A stretch of 32,000 nt of DNA, from the NCBI GenBank assembly GCA_003194425.1, contig PQXB01000001.1, forward strand, positions 730,444-762,443, read 5' to 3'. The stretch comes from Candidatus Methanophagaceae archaeon. Its GTDB lineage: Archaea; Halobacteriota; Syntropharchaeia; Alkanophagales; Methanospirareceae. Under the pieces are notes generated by a model. It saw only the letters and a list, made by a program, of their open reading frames with translations, had not been told where the DNA came from and made no database searches. Below are positions 24,281 through 31,453 of this stretch, one piece after another (position 1 is the first letter of the stretch; every line of letters begins with the position of its first letter). A program made the translations under genes and the position numbers.

Positions 24281-25018
24281 ATGTGCGGAAACGAAGAAGA
24301 AAAAGAAGCAGTAGAAAAAAGGGAAAAAGAAGAAGAGACCGGGGAAGAGGGGTCTGGGGAAGAAGGGTCTTTGGACAATAACCGGGATCTTTTACGCAGG
24401 CTCAGCAAGAGCCAAAAAAGAAAAAGACTAACCGCAGCAGTTAAGAAACAGCATTTAACGGCGCAATCCGAGATTGAGAAGTTGTCTGCGGCGCTTTCTT
24501 TGCCTGACGAAACGAAAGAGTGCAGCAAGGACCTGTACTGTGAGGCGTGGGAAAATAACCTGATTCACGGTCGCTCGATTGAGAAGATTCTGGCTGCCTC
24601 GCTGTACTTAGCCTGCCGTAAATCCCACGTGCCGAGAACGCTTAACGAGGTAGAAACCGCAACGAAAGTGAGGAAGAAAGACATTGCAAAGACTTGCAAG
24701 GTCTTGGCGAGCAGGCTGAAAATGCAGCTCGCTCTCACCTCGGGCTTGGACTACGTGGACAGGTTTTGCGACAAACTGGGTCTGAGGGGAGAAGTAGAAG
24801 AACGGGCGAGAGAAATAATAAAAAAGGCAGAAGAGAAGAACATTACGAGCGGTAGAGGTCCAACCGGCGTTGCAGCGTCCGCGATTTACATTGCCTCGGT
24901 GCAGTGCGGCAACCGGCGAACGCAGAAAAATATTGCCGAGGCGACGGGCGTTACTGAAGTGACTCTGCGGGTGCGGTACAAAGAGTTGTCGCGGGAACTG
25001 GGAATAAAAGTAGAGTAG
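24281..25018 (+). CDS. TFB (TFIIB) homologue consisting of the two-cyclin-fold core only; no Zn-ribbon, B-reader or B-linker
   Basis: 245-aa ORF. LIHGRSIEKILAASLYLACRKSHVPRTLNEV (cyclin 1), ITSGRGPTGVAASAIYIASV...RTQKNIAEATGVTEVTLRVRYKEL (cyclin 2). The N-terminus is 36 aa of acidic low complexity. An in-frame TAA lies at 24230-24232 inside gar1. Confidence 0.85.
   Translation: MCGNEEEKEAVEKREKEEETGEEGSGEEGSLDNNRDLLRRLSKSQKRKRLTAAVKKQHLTAQSEIEKLSAALSLPDETKECSKDLYCEAWENNLIHGRSIEKILAASLYLACRKSHVPRTLNEVETATKVRKKDIAKTCKVLASRLKMQLALTSGLDYVDRFCDKLGLRGEVEERAREIIKKAEEKNITSGRGPTGVAASAIYIASVQCGNRRTQKNIAEATGVTEVTLRVRYKELSRELGIKVE
24341..24370. repeat. 2 x 15-nt in-frame repeat (ggggaagaggggtct / ggggaagaagggtct; GEEGS)
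   Basis: Copies at 24341 and 24356. Confidence 0.85.
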
Positions 25019-25058
25019 AGAGAGGAGCAACGAGAGGGGTGAAGGGAGGAGGAGAGGA

Positions 25059-25829
25059 GTGAAGGGAGGAAGCGGGGAATTTGAGGTAGTTCCTGCGGTG
25101 GACCTTAGGGGGGGTAAGTGCGTTCAACTGCGGCAGGGAAGAAAAGAAGAAGTGATTTTTTCGTCCGCTGAAAGCCCTGTGGAGATCGCGAGGCACTGGG
25201 TCGAGCAGGGAGCGAGCAGGCTGCACATAATTGATCTTGACGGCGCGTTTCAAGAGACGAAGAACAATTCCGCAGTCGTTAAAAAAATAGCCGAGTCGGT
25301 AGGAGTGAGCGGAGTGAGCGGAGTGAGCGGAGTGAGAGGGCGAGCGAAAATTCAAGTGGGCGGCGGAATTCGGTCTTACGAGCGGGCGGTTGAACTTCTA
25401 GCTCTGCCTGGCGTTGAGCGGATAATTTTTGGAACTGCGGCGTTGAAGTCCCCGCGGCTTGTCGAGCGGGTGGCGAGAGAGTTCGGCTCTGAACGCGTGA
25501 TGGTTGCGTTGGACGTGCGGGGCGGGAAAGTGGCGGTAGACGGCTGGCGGGAGACGACCGGGTTGGACGCGAAGGAAGCCGCGAAGCAGGCAGAGGAGCT
25601 AGGTGCGGGCAGTCTGCTCTTCACGAACATTGATGTCGAGGGCTTGATGCAAGGCGTAGAAACAGAGGTTGTAGCGGAGTTCGTGCGTTCCGCGGGCGTT
25701 CCTGTGGTCGTGGCAGGAGGAGTGAGCAGCGCGGAAGATGTGGAGCGGGTAAGAGAGGCGGGAGCAAGCGGAGTGGTGGTCGGGAGCGCGTTGTACACTG
25801 GCAAACTTTCTTTGGAAAATAAAGTTTGA
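25059..25829 (+). CDS. hisA: ProFAR isomerase (histidine biosynthesis HisA)
   Basis: 256-aa ORF with a GTG start. VVPAVDLRGGKCVQLRQG, HIIDLDGAF, QVGGGIR, DGW, and a C-terminal VVAGGVSS...GVVVGSALY (beta/alpha-barrel phosphate sites). Confidence 0.85.
   Translation: MKGGSGEFEVVPAVDLRGGKCVQLRQGRKEEVIFSSAESPVEIARHWVEQGASRLHIIDLDGAFQETKNNSAVVKKIAESVGVSGVSGVSGVRGRAKIQVGGGIRSYERAVELLALPGVERIIFGTAALKSPRLVERVAREFGSERVMVALDVRGGKVAVDGWRETTGLDAKEAAKQAEELGAGSLLFTNIDVEGLMQGVETEVVAEFVRSAGVPVVVAGGVSSAEDVERVREAGASGVVVGSALYTGKLSLENKV
25302..25337. repeat. 4 x 9-nt in-frame repeat (ggagtgagc; GVS)
   Basis: Units at 25302, 25311 and 25320 are identical; the unit at 25329 is ggagtgaga. Confidence 0.9.
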
Positions 25830-25854
25830 CCAAAGATTTTGAAAAAAAGTGTTA

Positions 25855-25927
25855 CGCCGCCGACAGGACTCGAACCTGTGACAAGCCGGTTAACAGCCGG
25901 GCACTCTACCAACTGAGTTACGGCGGC
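25855..25927 (-). tRNA. tRNA-Asn (anticodon GUU)
   Basis: Minus strand GCCGCCGTAACTCAGTTGGTAGAGTGCCCGGCTGTTAACCGGCTTGTCACAGGTTCGAGTCCTGTCGGCGGCG. Perfect 7-bp acceptor, D stem ACTC/GAGT, anticodon loop CTGTTAA on a CCGG/CCGG stem with a C27-C43 mismatch, and T arm ACAGG-TTCGAGT-CCTGT. Confidence 0.85.
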
Positions 25928-25943
25928 TTTCTGCTCTGCACTC

Positions 25944-27557
25944 TTATTTTATCTTTGTTTTTATTAAACTTGCACTGCTCATCTCCCTCGGCTTTTTTAT
26001 CCCCAGCAGAAACAAAATCGTCGGTGCAATGTCAGAGAGAATTCCCCGCGGTCTGAGTTCGACTTTTTCGTCTTTCTCTTTGTAGTCCCTCGCAGCAAAA
26101 ATGAATTCCACAGGGTTTGTTGTGTGGCTCGTCTTGGGCAGCCCCGTCTTCGCGTCCCGCATCTCCTCGGCGTTACCGTGGTCTGCTGTGATTAGGGCTA
26201 CCCCGCAGTGCGACAGAACTTTTTTCACCACCTTTCCCACGCACTCGTCTACGACTTTGACCGCTCGCTTCGCTGCTTCGTAGTCGCCCGTGTGACCGAC
26301 CATATCTGCATTTGCGAAGTTCAAGACAATCAGGTCGTACCTCCCGGACTCAATCCTGCTAACCACCTCCGCAGTGACATCAAAAGCGTTCATCTCAGGG
26401 TGCTCGGCAAACATCGCGGGGTCGTAAACGCTTTTAATCTCCACCCTGTCCTCGTTCGGAAACGGCTCGATTCGCTTGCCGTTGAAGAAGGAGGTTACGT
26501 GCTTGAACTTCTGCGTCTCTGCGATTCGGAGCTGCTTCAGCCCTTCTTTACTTACCACCTCGCCTAAAAGATTTTTCATCCCCGCACCCTCCGAGAGAGG
26601 CTCTAAAATGTAAAACGGAAAAGAGTCGTAGTACTGAGTGAGCCCGCAGTAAGTCACACGCACCCTCCGCCAACGCTCGCCGGGGTAGTCGCCCTCGTCC
26701 TCGACGAACGCTTTGGTCAGTTGAATCGCTCGGTCTTGGCGGTAATTAAAATGAATAACCGAGTCGTGGTCGTGGATTCCTGAGAAATCGCCGATGATTG
26801 TGGGCGGAATGTACTCGTCGGTCATCGGCTCGCGGTCTGGCGTCTTGTCTTCGCGGTAAGCCCGCTTCACTGCCTCTTCGGCACTGCTCACTCTAACGCC
26901 TTCTCCGTCCTCTTCTGGTCTCGGCTTCGTCAGTGCGTTGTAGGCACGGGTGGTGAGGTGCCAGTTCTTGCCGCGGTCCATCGCGTAGTACCGCCCCATC
27001 AAAGTCGCGATTTCGCCTATTTGGTACTCCGCGATTTTCTCGTTCAAGACCCGAAGGAAGCCCAACGCACTTCTTGGCGGTGTGTCCCGCCCGTCCGCGA
27101 AGAAATGGATTTTCAAGCTCTCGACGCCCTGCTCCTTCGCAAACCGCATTAGAGCAAAGAGGTGGTCTTGGTGTGCGTGGACGCCGGCGTCCTGAACGAG
27201 CCCGAGCAGGTGCAAAACAGCAGCGTTCTTGTTCGCCTTGCAGTTGGCGACCGCTCGTTGAAGGCAGGGACTGTTGAAGAGCGAGCCGTCCTCCAACGCC
27301 TCGTTCACCCGCGTTATTTCCTGCTTCACGACCCTGCCTGCTCCGATGTTGAGGTGTCCGACTTCTGACGACCCCTGGTAGCCGGGAGGGAGACCGACCG
27401 CAGTTCCTGCAGCCTCTAAAATTGTGTGCGGGTAGGTTTTTAAGAGCCAGTCTGCGTTCGGGGTCTTCGCGTTTGCGACCGCGTTGAACTCAGGGTTTGG
27501 GTTCAGCCCCCAGCCGTCGCGAATTATGAGAACAATGCTTTTCTTTACTTTTTTCAT
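25944..27557 (-). CDS. gpmI: 2,3-bisphosphoglycerate-independent phosphoglycerate mutase (GpmI, bacterial-type iPGM)
   Basis: 537-aa ORF. VLIIRDGWG, SEVGHLNIGAGR, ADGRDTPP, NFANADMVGHTG and ITADHGNAE. The start overlaps the upstream stop in an ATGA. Confidence 0.9.
   Translation of the reverse strand: MKKVKKSIVLIIRDGWGLNPNPEFNAVANAKTPNADWLLKTYPHTILEAAGTAVGLPPGYQGSSEVGHLNIGAGRVVKQEITRVNEALEDGSLFNSPCLQRAVANCKANKNAAVLHLLGLVQDAGVHAHQDHLFALMRFAKEQGVESLKIHFFADGRDTPPRSALGFLRVLNEKIAEYQIGEIATLMGRYYAMDRGKNWHLTTRAYNALTKPRPEEDGEGVRVSSAEEAVKRAYREDKTPDREPMTDEYIPPTIIGDFSGIHDHDSVIHFNYRQDRAIQLTKAFVEDEGDYPGERWRRVRVTYCGLTQYYDSFPFYILEPLSEGAGMKNLLGEVVSKEGLKQLRIAETQKFKHVTSFFNGKRIEPFPNEDRVEIKSVYDPAMFAEHPEMNAFDVTAEVVSRIESGRYDLIVLNFANADMVGHTGDYEAAKRAVKVVDECVGKVVKKVLSHCGVALITADHGNAEEMRDAKTGLPKTSHTTNPVEFIFAARDYKEKDEKVELRPRGILSDIAPTILFLLGIKKPREMSSASLIKTKIK
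25947..25970 (-). promoter_or_regulatory. TATA-like AT-rich block upstream of tRNA-Asn, embedded in the last codons of gpmI
   Basis: The minus strand reads tttaataaaaacaaagataaaa, lying 20-43 nt upstream of the tRNA 5' end at 25927. The same bases encode the ...LIKTKIK tail of GpmI. Confidence 0.35.
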
Positions 27558-29548
27558 TTTCGTTTCACCCTCGACCTCCCAGGCGGCAGAAGACTCAGCA
27601 CCTTCTCCTGTGCTACTTTAACCTCTGCACGCTCGGCAAAGAACCTCACAATCTCCATTGAGAGCTCGTTCTTCTCCAAATCGCCACTACCCGAACCAGG
27701 CTCGAGCTCTACAAACTTCTCTAACTTCTCCCGCTGTGAGTCTGTGGAAGGACACGCGACTAACCTACCACTGACTTTCTCTTTCTCCTTTTCAAGCCCT
27801 ACACACAGCCCTAACGCCGCTTTAAAATACCGCCTCTTACCTCGCACCACGAAACTGCCTTTCTTAATGTACTCGCCAGACGGCGGTGTTTTGCTCACCT
27901 GCTCGCCGCTGACGCAGTAGCACTCGCCTTCGTAGAACCCGTATTTCCAGAGATTTGAGTAGGAGGCTGCGAACTGTGCTGCCTCCCGAAGTCCCTCCTC
28001 CGAGATTTCTTTCCCGCCTGTCTTCACTACTGCTACGGGCGCACCCTCCGCCTGCGTGTGAAAAAAAAGGTCGTTGGGCTGCAGGTGCTTCTTCACAAGA
28101 ATCTCGTTCGTCGTTGCGTCCTTCCCTGCTAGCACGAGAAAGCCGTCTGAGGTCTCAAACCACCTGAACTTCTCGTACCACTCTTCTTTTCTCCTCACCT
28201 CCTTCTTCCTCGGCACCCACTCCGCTCCCTCCTCTCCCTTTTCTGCCCTTGTCCTTTCTGCCCTTGTCCTCGCCTGCTCCTTCTCCTTCGCCTTCTCTGT
28301 CTCCGCCTTTAACCGCTTCTTCATCTCTGCTAACGCCCGCTGCACGCCCGCTCTCTTTTTCCTAAACACCTTCGCCTTCTCGTAGTACGCACTTGCGTTC
28401 TTGTGCAGCGAAACCGAAGTGTCAATTTCAAGCTGAAGAGAAGTGTTTGGCAGCGTTAACTTGACTGTTTTTCTCTTTTTGTTTTTTCCAATCTCCCGCA
28501 GAATATTTTCAATCTCGTTGTAGCGTGCGTAAATCAACTCCCCCTTTTTCACGCTCTCCTCTTCTTTTACCTTGAATTTCCGAAGTGCAGCCTCCTGCTC
28601 CTTCAAAATCCGCGAATGCTTACCGACCGCCTCTTCCCTCGCTCCTTTCGCCTTCTCTTCCTGCTCTTTCGCAATTTGTGTCGTAAAGAACTCGTCGGCA
28701 GCGTCGTTAAAAGAACCGAAAAACACTTTCTCTTTGTCCTTGTAGACGCTCAACTCAAAAGGAAGAAAGTCTAATTTCAGTTTTTCTTCTCCCCTTTTTT
28801 CTACCACAGTGTGTGGTGCTTTAAGCTTGGATTTCCCGCTTGTCAGGACTGGCTCAAACAAGCCAGACAGAGCCGCACGAACAGCGGTTATTTCGCTCTC
28901 TGCGAGCTCTCCAGCATAATTTCCTTTCTCAACACCTGCTCTTCTGCAGACCTCTTCCGCGTACAACCCGCCCAGGCTCAACTCTGACGCGAGAACCTTG
29001 ACCACTTCCTTCTTCCCGTTTTTAGCCTCTTTAAAGAGTTCCGCTAACTCAAATTCGCTCATTTCCAAAGGGTTCGCTCTCGACGGCGGTCGTTCATATT
29101 TTTCGCCTATTTTTATCTTCCGCGTCGAAAAGGTCTTTCTCCGCAACGGCAGCACGATTTTCTCGTCCTCATCGACGACCACGAGGTTTCCCCGCGGAAG
29201 CAACTCCGCGACCAACTTGAGTTTTTTGTCCCAGCGCTCAACTGAAATTTCTACAATCCGGTCGAAGTCGAGTTGTCGTATTTTTGAGATTCTGCCGCCG
29301 CCGAGATGTTTTCTGAGGAACATTGCGAAGCCAGAAGGCATTCTCGGCGAGGGACGCTTGTATTTGGTGAGGTGAATTCTCCGCCCTGCCTCGACGATTA
29401 GGTCAAGCGAGCCTCTCTCTTTGTGGTGCAGTCTCAGCCGAATTTCGTCCCTGCCAGGCTGGTAGGCTTTAACGAGCCTCGCCCCTAAGAGGTCTTGCAG
29501 TTCTGCAACTACGACTGCGACGTCCACGTTGCTCATCGTTTCTTTCAT
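27554..29548 (-). CDS. NFACT-family protein (archaeal Rqc2/NEMF/RqcH homologue; FbpA-N + coiled coil + NFACT-R/DUF814)
   Basis: 664-aa ORF. N-terminus MSNVDVAVVVAELQDLLGARLVKAYQPGRDEIRLRLH, a central K/E-rich coiled coil, and the C-terminal FHTQAEGAPVAVVK...AAQFAASYSNLWK. Confidence 0.8.
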   Translation of the reverse strand: MKETMSNVDVAVVVAELQDLLGARLVKAYQPGRDEIRLRLHHKERGSLDLIVEAGRRIHLTKYKRPSPRMPSGFAMFLRKHLGGGRISKIRQLDFDRIVEISVERWDKKLKLVAELLPRGNLVVVDEDEKIVLPLRRKTFSTRKIKIGEKYERPPSRANPLEMSEFELAELFKEAKNGKKEVVKVLASELSLGGLYAEEVCRRAGVEKGNYAGELAESEITAVRAALSGLFEPVLTSGKSKLKAPHTVVEKRGEEKLKLDFLPFELSVYKDKEKVFFGSFNDAADEFFTTQIAKEQEEKAKGAREEAVGKHSRILKEQEAALRKFKVKEEESVKKGELIYARYNEIENILREIGKNKKRKTVKLTLPNTSLQLEIDTSVSLHKNASAYYEKAKVFRKKRAGVQRALAEMKKRLKAETEKAKEKEQARTRAERTRAEKGEEGAEWVPRKKEVRRKEEWYEKFRWFETSDGFLVLAGKDATTNEILVKKHLQPNDLFFHTQAEGAPVAVVKTGGKEISEEGLREAAQFAASYSNLWKYGFYEGECYCVSGEQVSKTPPSGEYIKKGSFVVRGKRRYFKAALGLCVGLEKEKEKVSGRLVACPSTDSQREKLEKFVELEPGSGSGDLEKNELSMEIVRFFAERAEVKVAQEKVLSLLPPGRSRVKRK
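28241..28270. repeat. 2 x 15-nt perfect in-frame repeat (ttctgcccttgtcct on + strand; RTRAE)
   Basis: Copies at 28241 and 28256. Confidence 0.9.
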
Positions 29549-29595
29549 AAAACCTTCTCAAACCCTTTCTCAAACCTTTTCTCAAACCCTTTCTC
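29549..29595. repeat. 4 x about 12-nt tandem repeat (aaaccctttctc family) filling the space between the putative rqcH-like TATA and its ATG
   Basis: Units at 29549-29559 (11 nt), 29560-29571, 29572-29583 and 29584-29595. Non-coding. Confidence 0.85.
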
Positions 29596-29600
29596 AAAAC

Positions 29601-29611
29601 CTTTTTTAAAC
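29601..29611 (-). promoter_or_regulatory. TATA-box candidate for the NFACT gene
   Basis: The minus strand reads gtttaaaaaag, 53 nt upstream of ATG 29548. An oligo-T run on the minus strand at about 29640-29662 could terminate the upstream ABC operon. Confidence 0.35.
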
Positions 29612-29666
29612 ATTCTCTTTCAAAGAAAAGTTTTATCAAAAGAAGAAGAAAAAGGAAAATTTGAAG

Positions 29667-30392
29667 TTACGAGATTGTAGTCACGATTCGCTCCTTGCTC
29701 AAGAATTTGGTCAAAAAAGCGGTTAAAGCCACCAGAACCAGCGAAACGACCAAGAACGCAGCCACAAGCGACCACGAGACCACGAAGCCACCGCTCATTT
29801 TCATCGCACCTCTCACGCCGTAGAGGGCGCCGAAGACCGCCGCAAAAATTACCAGCCCCACGATTCGGTTCTCACGCATTCCGAGAAGGAGTTGGAGAAA
29901 CCCAATCAGACCGACAGCCGAGGCTACAAAGAGCGGAACCACGACCAGCAGGTGCAGGAGAACAGGGGCAGAAGGAAAGAGAAGCCGTCCCGAAGAGAAA
30001 GAGGGAGAGCAAGAAATGTTTGAGACCACGACGAGCAGGAGAGTAGCCAAAAGAGAGAGCGAGTACGAGGGTGTTGCTACACCCAACACCTTGCCGAGCC
30101 AGAACGCCCGCAGGCTGACCGGGGCGCAGAGCAGGGTCTCCACGACCCGCTCCTGCTTCTCTCTGAAGAAGACCTGCCCTGTGAAGAGGTAGCCTGCGAA
30201 GAGACCGATCGTAAGCGAGAGGTAGAAGATTGAGTTGTTCAGGAAAGTGGTCGGGTTCTCTGCCTTGCTGACTCCGAGAGCAGGAAGCGAGCCGAAGTAG
30301 AGGGCGAGGAACGAGGTAAAGATTAGAGTGCTTTTGCTCTTTAGCAACTCCCGAACCTCCTTCCTCCAAACCACCAACACTGCTCCTTTCAT
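29667..30392 (-). CDS. ABC-2-type transporter permease
   Basis: 241-aa ORF that is hydrophobic throughout (about 6 predicted TM stretches). It lies 3 nt downstream of the ABC ATPase gene on the same strand. Confidence 0.6.
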   Translation of the reverse strand: MKGAVLVVWRKEVRELLKSKSTLIFTSFLALYFGSLPALGVSKAENPTTFLNNSIFYLSLTIGLFAGYLFTGQVFFREKQERVVETLLCAPVSLRAFWLGKVLGVATPSYSLSLLATLLLVVVSNISCSPSFSSGRLLFPSAPVLLHLLVVVPLFVASAVGLIGFLQLLLGMRENRIVGLVIFAAVFGALYGVRGAMKMSGGFVVSWSLVAAFLVVSLVLVALTAFLTKFLSKERIVTTIS

Positions 30393-30395
30393 TTT

Positions 30396-31415
30396 CTACT
30401 CTTCCCCTCCTCCGTCTCTGTCTGTCTCTGTCTGACGCACAATTTCCAAATAAACTTCTTCCAACGACTTCTCAACCCTCTTCAACTCCTCCACCTTCAC
30501 CCCCGCTCTCACCAGCCGCTCCAAGAGCCTTGAAGGGCTCTCTGCTCCCTGTCCTTGTCCTTGTTTCTGTTTCAGAGCCACACGCAGCCTCACACCCTTT
30601 CCCCTTCCTTCTCGCTCTAGCTCGCAGTCAGCCACGAAGTCCTGCTCCAGCGAGCCAACGACTTGCAACGCTCTTGCAGCCTCCTCGCTGTCTGCGAACG
30701 CGACTTCAACCACCGGTCTGCTGAACCTTCTCCGAAGGTTTTCGACCGAGTCGTAGGCTCTCAGCTCGCCGTTCTGCAGGATCGCGATTCTCGTGCAAAT
30801 TCGCTGCACCTCGTCCAAGTCGTGTGAGTTCAGGAAGACCGTCCTCTTCTCCTCCTTCGAGAGTTTGAGAATGAGGTCGCGGACCATTCGCTGCGCCTCA
30901 GGGTCGAGACCGGTGGCGGGCTCGTCGAGGAAGAGAATTTCGGGCTCGTGAATCAGCGCTCTCGCGAGTGCGAGTTTGCGTTTCATTCCTGTTGAGAATT
31001 TCCCGACCTTCTCGTTCCTTCTCTCCGAGAGCCCTACAAACTCCAGCAACTCTTCTACCCTCTCTCCTTCTAACCGCCGCCCTGCTCTGCTCCTACTCCT
31101 TGCAGCGACGCCGTAAAGCCGTGCGTAGTAGTCCAAGTTCTCGTGAGCAGTCAGTCGCTCGTACAGCCCGTCGCTCTCCAGAACGACCCCCACTCGTTGC
31201 CGCAGTTCCTCGTCCTCACCCAAATTCCTGCCCTCTACCAAAGCCGTCCCTGAGGTCGGCTTCAAGAGACCGAGAATAATTCGGAGTGTCGTGGTCTTGC
31301 CCGCTCCGTTTGGACCCAAATAGCCGAAGACCTCTCCCTCTTTCACCTCAAAGCTGACGCCGTTGAGCACCGTTCTCCCGTTGAACTTTTTCGTTAGATC
31401 CTGTATTTTTATCAT
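30396..31415 (-). CDS. ABC transporter ATP-binding protein
   Basis: 339-aa ORF. Walker A GPNGAGKTT, signature FSTGMKRKLALARAL, Walker B ILFLDEPATGLD, and an H-loop at NSHD. The C-terminal extension has low complexity (KQKQGQGQG; ETDRDGGGEE). Confidence 0.9.
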   Translation of the reverse strand: MIKIQDLTKKFNGRTVLNGVSFEVKEGEVFGYLGPNGAGKTTTLRIILGLLKPTSGTALVEGRNLGEDEELRQRVGVVLESDGLYERLTAHENLDYYARLYGVAARSRSRAGRRLEGERVEELLEFVGLSERRNEKVGKFSTGMKRKLALARALIHEPEILFLDEPATGLDPEAQRMVRDLILKLSKEEKRTVFLNSHDLDEVQRICTRIAILQNGELRAYDSVENLRRRFSRPVVEVAFADSEEAARALQVVGSLEQDFVADCELEREGRGKGVRLRVALKQKQGQGQGAESPSRLLERLVRAGVKVEELKRVEKSLEEVYLEIVRQTETDRDGGGEE

Positions 31416-31417
31416 TT

Positions 31418-31453
31418 TTTACTCGTGCCTTTACTCGTGCCTTTACTCGTGCC
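31418..31453. repeat. 3 x 12-nt perfect tandem repeat (tttactcgtgcc) that triplicates the last codons plus stop of the FtsX-like gene
   Basis: Units at 31418, 31430 and 31442. The minus strand reads cacgagtaa three times, with in-frame stops at 31443-45, 31431-33 and 31419-21. Confidence 0.9.

Noticed and set aside
24168-24340. TFB N-terminal truncation as a frameshift artefact hiding a Zn-ribbon
   Set aside because: The upstream sequence is occupied by the gar1 reading frame to 24251. The TFB frame has a TAA at 24230-24232. No CxxC...CxxC pattern appears in any frame of 24168-24340.
25376-26056. ORFs 25376..25912 (-) and 25826..26056 (+)
   Set aside because: The first is antisense to hisA. 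Both run through the tRNA-Asn gene and have no motif support.
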